DNA of 64,000 bases, from contig JAICNB010000003.1 in the NCBI GenBank assembly GCA_025928935.1, positions 10,802-74,801 on the forward strand. The letters are read 5' to 3'. Made by a program: the position numbers and the translations under genes. Positions 53,285 to 62,024 of this stretch are shown piece by piece. The notes beneath the pieces are model-generated. The model was not told the origin of the DNA, did not search any database, and saw only the letters and a program-made list of their open reading frames with translations. This DNA is from Acidimicrobiia bacterium. GTDB lineage: Bacteria > Actinomycetota > Acidimicrobiia > Spongiisociales > ZC4RG35. Position 1 is the first letter of the stretch; every line of letters starts with the position of its first letter.

Positions 53285-53528
53285 TGGCTCCGTTGGGTAG
53301 GAGCACCCGCTACTTCTGACCGCTGATCGCGGCAGAAGAAGGCTGAAATGGCTGGCGAGGCAATTGGCGCGGTTGGGAGACGATCAAAGCTGACCCCCGA
53401 GAACGAGTGGCCCGTGACTCATACCTCTCCCTGCTCACGTCTCCCAAGCGCGTCCGGTGCTGATTATTCCCGTCGACCGGGCTCTGGTGAATGGGCTGTT
53501 CGACCCATCTGTGACCGAACGAGGGGCC

Positions 53529-54755
53529 TCAGACTCGGGCGAGGGCCTGGTCGAGGTCGGCGATGATGTCCTCGGGCGTCTCGACCCCAACCGAGAGCCG
53601 GATCATCGAATCGGTGATGCCGATGCTGCGCCGGGTCTCCACGTCGACGTTCGAGTGTGTTGTCGTCCAAGGGTGACATGCGATCGACCTCGTCCCGCCC
53701 AGCGAGGTGGCATTGGCCACCAGCCGCAGCGCATCGAGGAAGGCGAAGGCGCCGGCCTTCCCCCCGCTCACGTCGAAACAGATCATGGAACCGGCCGAGG
53801 ACCACTGCCTCTTGGCCAACTCCGCAACGCGATCGTCGTCGTCGATGGCGCCCAGATAGCGCACCCGTTCCACCTTGGGGTGGCCCTCCAGGAAGTCGGA
53901 GACGACACGCGCATTGGCCGTCTGCCGCTCCACCCGCAATGGGTACGTCTCCAGGCTGCGGCCGAGGAGCCACGCAGTGTGCGGGTCTCCTGTGGTGCCG
54001 ATGCGATAGCGCATCGTCTTCATTGGGTCGATCAACTGCAGTGGGCCGGTAACCACCCCGGCCACCAGGTCGTCGTGGCCGCCGAAGAACTTGGTGGCGG
54101 AATAGACCGCGAGATCCGCCCCGTGATCGAGAGGGCGCTGGGCGTAAGGGCCGAGAAATGTGTTGTCGACGATGGTGAGCGGGCGATGTTCCGGCGTCGA
54201 GGCGGCGCGGGCCACCCTCGAGGCCAAGTCGATGTCGAACACATCGTTGCTCGGGTTCGCCGGGGTCTCCAGATAGACCGCTCCGAGCCGGCGGCCGTCG
54301 ATCATGTCCTCGATCTCTTCCTGTGAGGCCTCCGGACCGAACGACCCGATCTCGAAGCCCAGCGGGCCCAGGACCTTCTGCAGCATGGTGTTGGTCCCTC
54401 CGTAGAGCGGGGCTCCATGCAGGATCAGATCACCCGGTCTCAGATGGGTGAGGAAGGTGGTGAAGATGGCAGCTGTCCCGCTCGAGAAGAGCAAGGCGGA
54501 CTCGGCCCCATCCCAGGCGGCGAGCCTTCTCTCGGTGATCACCAGGTTGGGGTGATCCATCCTCGTGTAGATGAAGCCCACTTCCTCCCCCGAGCCGGGC
54601 TTCTCGCCCCCGTAGACGATCGAGAAGAGCCGCTCGGCTGCCTCGGACGACTCGAACACGAACGTCGATGTCTGGAAAAGTGGGACCTTGAGCGCATCGA
54701 GTCCGTCTTCGGGGTCCCATCCCAGTTGCACCGCATCCGATTGCGGATCGGGCAT
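53529..54755 (-). CDS. Cys/Met-metabolism PLP enzyme (methionine gamma-lyase / cystathionine gamma-synthase / O-acylhomoserine sulfhydrylase family)
   Basis: PLFQTSTFVF, SSGTAAI and YSATKFFGGHDDLVAG (PLP Lys). The start overlaps the upstream SnoaL-like stop (ATGA). Confidence 0.85.
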   Translation of the reverse strand: MPDPQSDAVQLGWDPEDGLDALKVPLFQTSTFVFESSEAAERLFSIVYGGEKPGSGEEVGFIYTRMDHPNLVITERRLAAWDGAESALLFSSGTAAIFTTFLTHLRPGDLILHGAPLYGGTNTMLQKVLGPLGFEIGSFGPEASQEEIEDMIDGRRLGAVYLETPANPSNDVFDIDLASRVARAASTPEHRPLTIVDNTFLGPYAQRPLDHGADLAVYSATKFFGGHDDLVAGVVTGPLQLIDPMKTMRYRIGTTGDPHTAWLLGRSLETYPLRVERQTANARVVSDFLEGHPKVERVRYLGAIDDDDRVAELAKRQWSSAGSMICFDVSGGKAGAFAFLDALRLVANATSLGGTRSIACHPWTTTHSNVDVETRRSIGITDSMIRLSVGVETPEDIIADLDQALARV

Positions 54756-55153
54756 CAGGCTTCGCTTCCTCCCGGCTCGAGCATCCAGTATTCGGTGAAC
54801 TCGGCACAGCGCCCGTCTTCGAACCGAAGGAGGAAGCAGTTGTGATACAGCTCGTCGCCTTGCTCCCCGGCGTCGAAATATCTGCTGGTGCCTACCGCCA
54901 CAGCCCGATCGTCATCGACTGCGTAGGGCCGGAACGACGCCTCCCACTTCGAAGGGTCCTCGTCGAAATCGATCCAGCTCCTGACGATCTCCTCGACCCC
55001 AAGTGCCTTCCGGTCGTCTCCGCCATAGGGCCGGAAGCGGTAGACGGCAGATTCGGTGAACAGCGCTGCGATCAGCTCGGGGTCGTTCTTCGCCCATGCC
55101 TCGAGATAGCGATCGAGCCAATCCTGCACCTCGGAGTGGTTCATGTTGGGCAT
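54755..55153 (-). CDS. SnoaL-like / NTF2-fold protein
   Basis: The 132-aa product MPNMNHSEVQDWLDRYLEAWAKNDPELIAALFTESAVY... matches the NTF2-like pattern. The longer track ORF to 55696 is antisense to the sirtuin gene. Confidence 0.7.
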   Translation of the reverse strand: MPNMNHSEVQDWLDRYLEAWAKNDPELIAALFTESAVYRFRPYGGDDRKALGVEEIVRSWIDFDEDPSKWEASFRPYAVDDDRAVAVGTSRYFDAGEQGDELYHNCFLLRFEDGRCAEFTEYWMLEPGGSEA

Positions 55154-55228
55154 CGTAAGCCGGGGATCCAGATCCCGCCCCCGGGTTCTCAGATTGAGGA
55201 ACGCGACCCGGCATCGGATAATCCCCAC

Positions 55229-56005
55229 GTGCCCGAGCCGAATCCCGATCTCGACACTGCCATCGCCTTCCTGCGCCCGGCCCGGCACATCCTCGTATTC
55301 ACCGGCGCCGGGATCTCTACCGAGTCGGGGATACCAGACTTCCGCGGCCCGGACGGTCTGTGGAACAAGGTCGACCCCGACGACTTCCACATCGACCGTT
55401 ACCTCGCCAATCCGGAGCTCCGCGAGCGTGGCTGGAAGATGCATCTCGACGGTGAGCTGTGGGGCGCCCGGTCGTCGGTGCGACCCAATTCCGGTCACGA
55501 GGCGATCAAGCGGCTTTCCGACGCAGGCCGCCTCGCCGGGGTGGTGACACAGAACGTCGACGGGCTCCACCAGGCCTCCGGGCTCAGAGACGACGAGGTG
55601 GCTGAGCTGCACGGGAACGTGAGGAAGACCCTGTGCCTGGGATGCGGGCAGACCTGGGACACCGAGACCGTCCTTGAATGGGTGGAGGCCGGACAAGCCG
55701 ATCCGAGGTGCCCGGAGTGCAACGGCACGATGAAGACGGCGACGGTGATGTTCGGTGAGATGCTCCCGGAAGTGGAGATGCGGAAGGCCTTCATGTTCCT
55801 CGCCGATGCAGACGCAGTGCTCGTCGTCGGCTCGACGGTGGCGGTGTGGCCGGCCGCCGACGTCGTGATGCGGGCCGCCAACAGAGCGTTACCGATCGTC
55901 ATCGTCAACAGGGGTGCGACCGATGCGGACTCGATCGCGGTGGCCAAACTCGACAACGGCATCGGGGAGGTCCTGCCCGCCATCGTCGATCGGGTCCTCA
56001 CCTAA
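55229..56005 (+). CDS. cobB: NAD-dependent protein deacylase (Sir2 family)
   Basis: Motifs GAGISTESGIPDFRG, TQNVDGLH, ELHGN and a zinc ribbon CLGCG...CPECNG. GTG 55229 is chosen as start. Confidence 0.85.
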   Translation: MPEPNPDLDTAIAFLRPARHILVFTGAGISTESGIPDFRGPDGLWNKVDPDDFHIDRYLANPELRERGWKMHLDGELWGARSSVRPNSGHEAIKRLSDAGRLAGVVTQNVDGLHQASGLRDDEVAELHGNVRKTLCLGCGQTWDTETVLEWVEAGQADPRCPECNGTMKTATVMFGEMLPEVEMRKAFMFLADADAVLVVGSTVAVWPAADVVMRAANRALPIVIVNRGATDADSIAVAKLDNGIGEVLPAIVDRVLT

Positions 56006-56045
56006 TCCACAGACATCGCTGTCGACTAGCCGGTACCTTCCCGGC

Positions 56046-56999
56046 GTGGAGTTCAGACCTCTCACGCTCGCCGACGCTCCCGAGGTCGCCGACCTGATCA
56101 ACCGTTATGAACGGTTCTGGGGGCTGCCCACCATGACTGCCGTGCGGGAGATCGAGGACGACTTCGGTGAGCCCTTCATCACCCTGGAACTCGACACCAG
56201 GGGTTACTGGCTGGAAGGGAAGCTGATCGGTTACGGCATGGTCCACCACCGCCCGAGCGGCGAACGTGAGGAGCGTGTCCATCTCGACGGCACGGTCGAT
56301 CCCGACTTTCGGGGTCAGGGGATAGGGAGACACATGCTCGCCTGGGAGATGGAGCGGGGGACCGAGAGTGTCGCCGGCTCCGACCCCAGCATTCCCTGGT
56401 ACCTGCGCACAGCCACCTTGGACTGGATCGAGGACAACTTCCGGCTGTACCGGCGCTTCGGGATCGAACCGGTGCGGTACATAAAGGAGATGATCCGCCC
56501 ACTCGATGACCCGGTCGAGCCTCGCCGGCCCCAAGGGGTCGACATCATCCCTTGGGACCGGACTCGGGACGAGGCGACACGGCTCGCCTTGAACGAGGCC
56601 TTCGTCGACCACTGGGGATCGATCCCCATGGCCGGCGACGCCTTCAAGCACCGAATCGAACGGTCTGCGACCCGGCTCGACCTCTCCTTCCAGGCGATCG
56701 ACGGTGATGAGGTGGTCGGGTACTCCTTGAACGAGTTCTATCCCGAGGACGAAAAGGTCACCGGGCGACGCGAAGGCTGGGTGGCGAGCCTCGGGGTGAG
56801 GAGACCCTGGCGAGGGCGTGGTGTCGCCTCGGCCCTGCTCGAGCATTCTTTCAACGCATTCCTCGACGCCGGGATGACCCACTCGATGTTGGGGGTGGAC
56901 ACAGAGAACCCAACTGGAGCGTTCAGTGTCTACGAGAACGTCGGCTACGAGCCTCTCCACACCATCGTCCTCTCCCAGCTCGAGGTGACGCCGCGCTAA
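56046..56999 (+). CDS. two-domain GNAT N-acetyltransferase (mycothiol synthase MshD-like)
   Basis: Two acetyl-CoA-binding blocks, VDPDFRGQGIGRHML and VRRPWRGRGVASALL. GTG 56046 is chosen as start. Confidence 0.7.
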   Translation: MEFRPLTLADAPEVADLINRYERFWGLPTMTAVREIEDDFGEPFITLELDTRGYWLEGKLIGYGMVHHRPSGEREERVHLDGTVDPDFRGQGIGRHMLAWEMERGTESVAGSDPSIPWYLRTATLDWIEDNFRLYRRFGIEPVRYIKEMIRPLDDPVEPRRPQGVDIIPWDRTRDEATRLALNEAFVDHWGSIPMAGDAFKHRIERSATRLDLSFQAIDGDEVVGYSLNEFYPEDEKVTGRREGWVASLGVRRPWRGRGVASALLEHSFNAFLDAGMTHSMLGVDTENPTGAFSVYENVGYEPLHTIVLSQLEVTPR

Positions 57000-57005
57000 C
57001 CACCT

Positions 57006-57056
57006 CGTAATTGGGACGAGGAGATGCGGAATGCGAGGCTGTGGCTCCCAATTTCG
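57006..57056. repeat. intergenic palindromic element, copy 3 of 3
   Basis: CGTAATTGGGA (57006..57016) / TCCCAATTTCG (57046..57056), an 11-bp inverted repeat with one mismatch. The spacer contains ATGCG twice. Confidence 0.65.
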
Positions 57057-57076
57057 GACGGCGGTACCCTGTCGTC

Positions 57077-58861
57077 ATGGCCGGGTACGAGCCGCGGCTC
57101 GACGAGATCGTCTTCACCCTCACCCAGGTCGCCGATCTGGACTCGGTGGCCAAGCTGGACGGGTTCCAGGACATCGACGCCGACACAGCCCGCCAGATCC
57201 TCGGCGAGGCCGGCCGCTTCTTCTCTGAGGTGATGGCTCCGCTCAACCGTGTCGGCGACCGACAAGGCTCGGTGCTCACCCCCGAGGGGACGGTCCGAAC
57301 ACCCGACGGCTTCAAAGAGGCATACAAGAAGTACGTCGATGCGGGGTGGTCCGCGGCGCACCTCTCCGAGCGCTGGGGCGGGGGAGGGCTCCCATACATC
57401 ATCGGTGTGGTCATCGAGGAGATGTTCAAGACAGCCAACATGGCTTTCTCCCTGGCCCCGATGCTGACTCATGGCGCGGTCGAGGCGTTGGAGCGCCACG
57501 GCACGGATGAGATGAGGGCCGCCTACATCGAGAAGCTGGTCAGCGGGGAATGGACCGGCACCATGAACCTCACCGAGCCGGAGGCAGGGTCCGACCTGGG
57601 GGCGGTGCGGACCCGGGCGGAGCGTCAGGAAGACGGGACCTATCGCCTGTTCGGCACCAAGATCTTCATCACGTGGGGTGACCAGGACCTGACGGACAAC
57701 ATCATCCACCTGGTCCTGGCCCGGACCCCGGGCTCACCCCCGGGGACCAAAGGGATCTCGATGTTCCTCGTACCTAAGTTCATCCTGGACGAGAAGGGCG
57801 ATCCCGGGGAGCGAAACGACATCAAGGTGGTCTCCCTCGAGCACAAGCTCGGGATCCACGCCTCCCCCACATGTGTGATGTCTTACGGCGAGGAGGGGCG
57901 CGGGGCCGTCGGCTACCTGGTGGGTGAGGAGCACCAGGGGATGCGCAACATGTTCACCATGATGAACCTGGCCCGGGTCGGGGTGGGCATGGAGGGTGTC
58001 GCCATCGGTGAGCGCGCCTACCAACAGGCCCTCGGCTTCGCCAGGAGTCGGGTGCAGGGGCGGGAGATCGGGGGTGACTCCAAGGACAGCGTCGTCATCA
58101 TCGAGCATCCCGACGTCCGTCGGATGCTGCTGACGATCAGGGCAAACGTCGAGGCGATGCGCTCACTTCTCTACGTCGTCGCAGCCGAAGGTGACCACCA
58201 GATCCATGCCGACTCGGAGGAGCGTCGGAAGCTCGCCGGCGATCGCCTCGCTCTGATGACCCCGATCGTCAAGGCCTGGTGCACCGACCTGGGCGTGGAG
58301 ATGGCGTCGCTGGGCATCCAGGTGCACGGGGGAATGGGCTACATCGAGGAGACCGGCGCCGCCCAGCTGCTCCGCGACTCACGGATCGCCCCGATCTACG
58401 AGGGGACCAATGGGATCCAAGCCATCGACCTGGTGCTGCGAAAGGTCCCCGTCGAGGGCGGTGCGGTGGTGTCCGGCCTGATCGCGGAGATGGCGGCGGA
58501 GCTCGACACCATGTCTCCCCATGAGGACCTGGCCCAGTTCCGGGAGGAGCTGGCGGTCGCCATCCAGGGCCTCGGCGAGACCTCGACATGGCTCGGCGAG
58601 CGGCTGATCGCCGGCGATCTGCGTTCGGCGCTGGCCGGGGCCACCCCGTATTTAAGGCAGTTCGGCACCGTCCTCGGAGGCTGGTTGATGGCCCGGGCTG
58701 CGGTTGCCGCGCTCAGTGCCCCGAGCGGATTCGAACCCGACTTCCTCGAGGAAAAGGTGACCATCGCCCGCTTCTACGGAGAACAACTCCTGCCGGTGGC
58801 CAACGCCCTGGCCCCTGCGGTGAAGGGCGGCGCGGCCCTGCTCGACGGCGCGGGCCTCTGA
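57077..58861 (+). CDS. long-type acyl-CoA dehydrogenase (FadE-like with C-terminal helical extension)
   Basis: TMNLTEPEAGSD, GISMFLVPK and IYEGTNGIQ motifs. ~595 aa counted from ATG 57077. Confidence 0.85.
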   Translation: MAGYEPRLDEIVFTLTQVADLDSVAKLDGFQDIDADTARQILGEAGRFFSEVMAPLNRVGDRQGSVLTPEGTVRTPDGFKEAYKKYVDAGWSAAHLSERWGGGGLPYIIGVVIEEMFKTANMAFSLAPMLTHGAVEALERHGTDEMRAAYIEKLVSGEWTGTMNLTEPEAGSDLGAVRTRAERQEDGTYRLFGTKIFITWGDQDLTDNIIHLVLARTPGSPPGTKGISMFLVPKFILDEKGDPGERNDIKVVSLEHKLGIHASPTCVMSYGEEGRGAVGYLVGEEHQGMRNMFTMMNLARVGVGMEGVAIGERAYQQALGFARSRVQGREIGGDSKDSVVIIEHPDVRRMLLTIRANVEAMRSLLYVVAAEGDHQIHADSEERRKLAGDRLALMTPIVKAWCTDLGVEMASLGIQVHGGMGYIEETGAAQLLRDSRIAPIYEGTNGIQAIDLVLRKVPVEGGAVVSGLIAEMAAELDTMSPHEDLAQFREELAVAIQGLGETSTWLGERLIAGDLRSALAGATPYLRQFGTVLGGWLMARAAVAALSAPSGFEPDFLEEKVTIARFYGEQLLPVANALAPAVKGGAALLDGAGL

Positions 58862-58884
58862 GGCCTCCCTAGTCTCGGCGTGTC

Positions 58885-59658
58885 TTGAACCTGCGTGATC
58901 GCGTCGTCATCGTCACCGGAGGTGGAAGCGGGATCGGTGCGGCCCTGGCTCGACGTTTCGCCGGCGAGAAGCCCCGCGCCCTCATCCTCGGAGACCTCGA
59001 CCTCGGCTCCGCCCGAGATGTCGCCGGCGAGATCGGCGCAGAGGCGATTCAGGTCGACGTCGCAGATCCTGCCTCCAACGACGCCCTGATCGACACCGTC
59101 GAGGACCGGTTCGGCCCCGTCGACCTCTTCTGTGCCAACGCCGGCATCGGCTTCGCAGGCGACGAGCAGACCCCACCCGAGCGCTGGGACTTCATGTGGC
59201 AGGTGAATCTGATGTCCCACGTGCACGCCGCACGGCGGCTCATCCCGGGATGGCTGGCCCGCGGTGAGGGCTACTTCCTCTCCACCGCGTCGGCAGCAGG
59301 GCTCCTCACCAACCTCAAGGCCGCCCAGTACTCCGTGACGAAGCATGCCGCCGTCTCTTTCGCCGAGTGGCTGGCCATCACATATGGCGATCAGGGGATC
59401 AAGGTGAGCTGTCTGTGTCCCATGGGCGTGAAGACCCGGCTTCTCGACGCGGCTGACGAGTTCCATGCCCTACTCGACCCGCTCGCCATCGAGCCCGAGC
59501 AGGTCGCCGAGACAGTCGTGCAAGGTTTGGCCGAGGAGCATTTCCTGATCCTCCCCCACCCGGACGTGGCCCGGTACTTCCAGAACAAGGCAAACGACTA
59601 CGACCACTGGATCGGTGGGATGAGAAAACTGCAGCGGACTGTTTTCCCAACCGGCTGA
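58885..59658 (+). CDS. SDR family oxidoreductase
   Basis: Motifs VTGGGSGIGAALA, NAGIG and YSVTKHA (YxxxK). TTG start. Confidence 0.8.
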   Translation: MNLRDRVVIVTGGGSGIGAALARRFAGEKPRALILGDLDLGSARDVAGEIGAEAIQVDVADPASNDALIDTVEDRFGPVDLFCANAGIGFAGDEQTPPERWDFMWQVNLMSHVHAARRLIPGWLARGEGYFLSTASAAGLLTNLKAAQYSVTKHAAVSFAEWLAITYGDQGIKVSCLCPMGVKTRLLDAADEFHALLDPLAIEPEQVAETVVQGLAEEHFLILPHPDVARYFQNKANDYDHWIGGMRKLQRTVFPTG

Positions 59659-59678
59659 ATGGGGCAGAATCACATTCG

Positions 59679-60845
59679 ATGAGCACGCGAAAGGTGGTCG
59701 TCACCGGGATCGGCGTGGTCGCTGCACCGGGGGTCGGTATCGACGATCTGTGGAAGGGCCTGCAGGAGCAGCCCACGGCTCTCGGCCCCCGCCGGGTTGC
59801 CAACTGGGACCCTGAGCCCTGGCTGCCCAAACGTGAGCATCGCCGCCTCGACCGCTTCGCACAGTTCGCCCTGGTGGCCACCCACGAGGCGCTCGAGCAG
59901 TCGGGCTCGCTCGACGTCGACCCGACCAGGGTGGCGGTCTCGGTCGCCTCCGGGATCGGGGGGCTCCAATCACTGGAGGAGTTGGTCCATGTCGCCGATC
60001 AGGACGAGCCCCGCGCCTCGCCGTTCCTGATCCCGATGATGATGGCCAACGCCGCAGCCGCGGGGATATCGATCAAGTACGGGTTCGGTGGCCAGGTGTC
60101 CACCCAAGCGGTGGCATGCGCGGCCGGGACGCAGGCAGTCCTGGACGGGCTGCGCCAGATCCAGTGGGGATATGCCGACGCGGCCGTGGTCGGCGGCACC
60201 GAGGCCGCTGTCACAGCCGCGGCCCACGAAGGCTTCAGGGCAGCCCGCGCCCTGTCGCCCAGCGGGGTCGCCCGCCCATTCGACGTCGACCGGGATGGCT
60301 TCGTGATGGGGGAGGGGGCCGGCATCCTCATCCTCGAGGCCGAGGAGGTGGCCATCGAGCGGGGCGTCGCGATCCTCGCCGAGCTCAAGGGCGGCGCTTC
60401 CACTGCTGACGCTCATCACATCACTGCTCCTCACCCCAGGGGGGAGGGGGCCGAGCGCGCCGTCCGTCTCGCCTTGGCCGACGCAGGGATCACGCCCGGA
60501 GAAGTGACCTATGTGAATGCCCACGGGACCGGGACGGAACTCAACGATGCAACCGAAGGCGGGATCATCGCCCGCGTCTTCGAACCACAGCCGGCGGTGT
60601 CGTCGATCAAAGGGACCACGGGTCACGCCCTCGGGGCATCCGGGTCGATCGAAGCCGCGGTCGTCGTGGAATCGATGCGACGGCACGAGCTGCCCCCGAA
60701 CATCGGCCTGTTGAACCAGGACCCGGCTATCCCGCTCGAGGACGTAGTGCTCGAGCCCAGGGAGTGGCAGCCCGGCCCGGCGGTCAGCAACTCTTTTGGC
60801 TTCGGCGGGCACAACTCCGTGTTGGTGTTCAGCCCACCGGGCTGA
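59679..60845 (+). CDS. beta-ketoacyl-[ACP] synthase II-type condensing enzyme
   Basis: VVVTGIGVV, ACAAGT (active-site Cys), NAHGTGT and GHALGASG motifs. No ACP or FabD gene is adjacent. Confidence 0.85.
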   Translation: MSTRKVVVTGIGVVAAPGVGIDDLWKGLQEQPTALGPRRVANWDPEPWLPKREHRRLDRFAQFALVATHEALEQSGSLDVDPTRVAVSVASGIGGLQSLEELVHVADQDEPRASPFLIPMMMANAAAAGISIKYGFGGQVSTQAVACAAGTQAVLDGLRQIQWGYADAAVVGGTEAAVTAAAHEGFRAARALSPSGVARPFDVDRDGFVMGEGAGILILEAEEVAIERGVAILAELKGGASTADAHHITAPHPRGEGAERAVRLALADAGITPGEVTYVNAHGTGTELNDATEGGIIARVFEPQPAVSSIKGTTGHALGASGSIEAAVVVESMRRHELPPNIGLLNQDPAIPLEDVVLEPREWQPGPAVSNSFGFGGHNSVLVFSPPG

Positions 60846-60874
60846 GTAGCGCACGGGACCGTTAACCTGGACAG

Positions 60875-60975
60875 ACCACGGGAGCTCGGTGAGACCGGGC
60901 TGAGAGGGGGTCTGTCAGACCCCGACCGACGAACCTGACCCGGATAATGCCGGCGTAGGGATTCCGCCTCATCGC
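60875..60975 (+). promoter_or_regulatory. TPP (THI-box) riboswitch
   Basis: GGGAGCTCGGTGAGACCGGGCTGAGA...ACCTGACCCGGATAATGCCGGCGTAGGGA aligns block-for-block with the E. coli thiM THI element (GGGGTGC..GGCTGAGA..ACCTGATCTGGATAATGCCAGCGTAGGGA). The boundaries are approximate. Confidence 0.9.
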
Positions 60976-60995
60976 TCCCGGTGACCAAGGAGTTG

Positions 60996-62024
60996 ATGGT
61001 CGTGCGACGGATTTTGCCTTTGTTGGTGCTGCTCGGCGTGGTTACAGCGTGTGGCGGCGATGCCGGGGAGCGCCCCGAGACACTGCGTCTCATGGCCCAC
61101 GACTCATTCGCCGGATCGGTCAGCGAAGAGACCTTCGCCCCGTTCACCGAGTCCACCGGGATCTCGGTCGAGATGATCGCGGCCGGAGATGCCGGATCGA
61201 TGGTCAACCAGGCCGCTCTCTCCAAGGACAATCCGCTGGCCGATGTCCTCTTCGGCGTGGACGACACTTTTCTCTCCCGCGCCCTCGACGAGGAGATCTT
61301 CGCCCCACACCGGAGCCGGCTGCTCGACTCGCTGGAGCCCGGGCTGGTCCCTGACACCGACCTCGTGACGCCGATCGACTATGGCGATGTCTGTCTCAAC
61401 TACGACAAGGCGTTCGTCGACGCACCCCCCACCGAGCTCGACCAATTGCGGGAGCCGGACCTGGCCCGGGTTCTGACGGTGGAGCACCCGGCCACTTCCT
61501 CGCCGGGTCTGGCCTTCCTCCTCGCCACGATCGACCAGTACGGAGAGGACGGATGGACCGAGTTCTGGTCCGACCTCAGAGCAGGAGGGGTGAACGTCGC
61601 CCCCGACTGGGACACCGCCTATTACAACGACTTCACCAGGTACGGAGGTGATAGCTCGCTCGTCGTCTCATACGCCTCGTCACCGCCGGCCGAGGTGATC
61701 TTCGCCACCGAGCCGCTCGATGAGGCTCCCACCGGGGTGATCGAGGCCGGTTGCTATCGACAAGTCGAATACGCCGGTGTGCTCGCCGGGACCGAGTACC
61801 CCGAGGCCGCCGGTGAGCTGATCGACTACATGCTGTCGGTCAGGTTCCAGGAGACCATCCCACTCACCTGGTTCGTCTTCCCCGCCAACACCGATGCCGA
61901 CCTGCCCCCAGAGTTCACCGATCACACCATCATCCCGGACGACCCGGCCCGTCTCGACGCGGCGACAATCGCCGAGAACCGGGACCGGTGGATCGACGAG
62001 TGGGTCGCGGTGATGGAGGGCTGA
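60996..62024 (+). CDS. thiB: thiamine ABC transporter substrate-binding lipoprotein
   Basis: Lies directly downstream of the TPP riboswitch. AAGGAG is 4 nt upstream of ATG 60996. Lipobox LLGVVTACGG and a periplasmic-binding-protein pattern are present. Confidence 0.75.
   Translation: MVVRRILPLLVLLGVVTACGGDAGERPETLRLMAHDSFAGSVSEETFAPFTESTGISVEMIAAGDAGSMVNQAALSKDNPLADVLFGVDDTFLSRALDEEIFAPHRSRLLDSLEPGLVPDTDLVTPIDYGDVCLNYDKAFVDAPPTELDQLREPDLARVLTVEHPATSSPGLAFLLATIDQYGEDGWTEFWSDLRAGGVNVAPDWDTAYYNDFTRYGGDSSLVVSYASSPPAEVIFATEPLDEAPTGVIEAGCYRQVEYAGVLAGTEYPEAAGELIDYMLSVRFQETIPLTWFVFPANTDADLPPEFTDHTIIPDDPARLDAATIAENRDRWIDEWVAVMEG

Noticed and set aside
45469-53300. tRNA-Lys followed by accessory-looking genes (fasciclin, ECF sigma, B12 protein, DUF378, DUF1801, MFS, DUF1704, HAD) as an integrated genomic island.
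   Set aside because: No integrase, recombinase or phage gene is present, and I could find no direct repeat of the tRNA 3' end. Coding regions keep the same high-GC style as the rest of the window.
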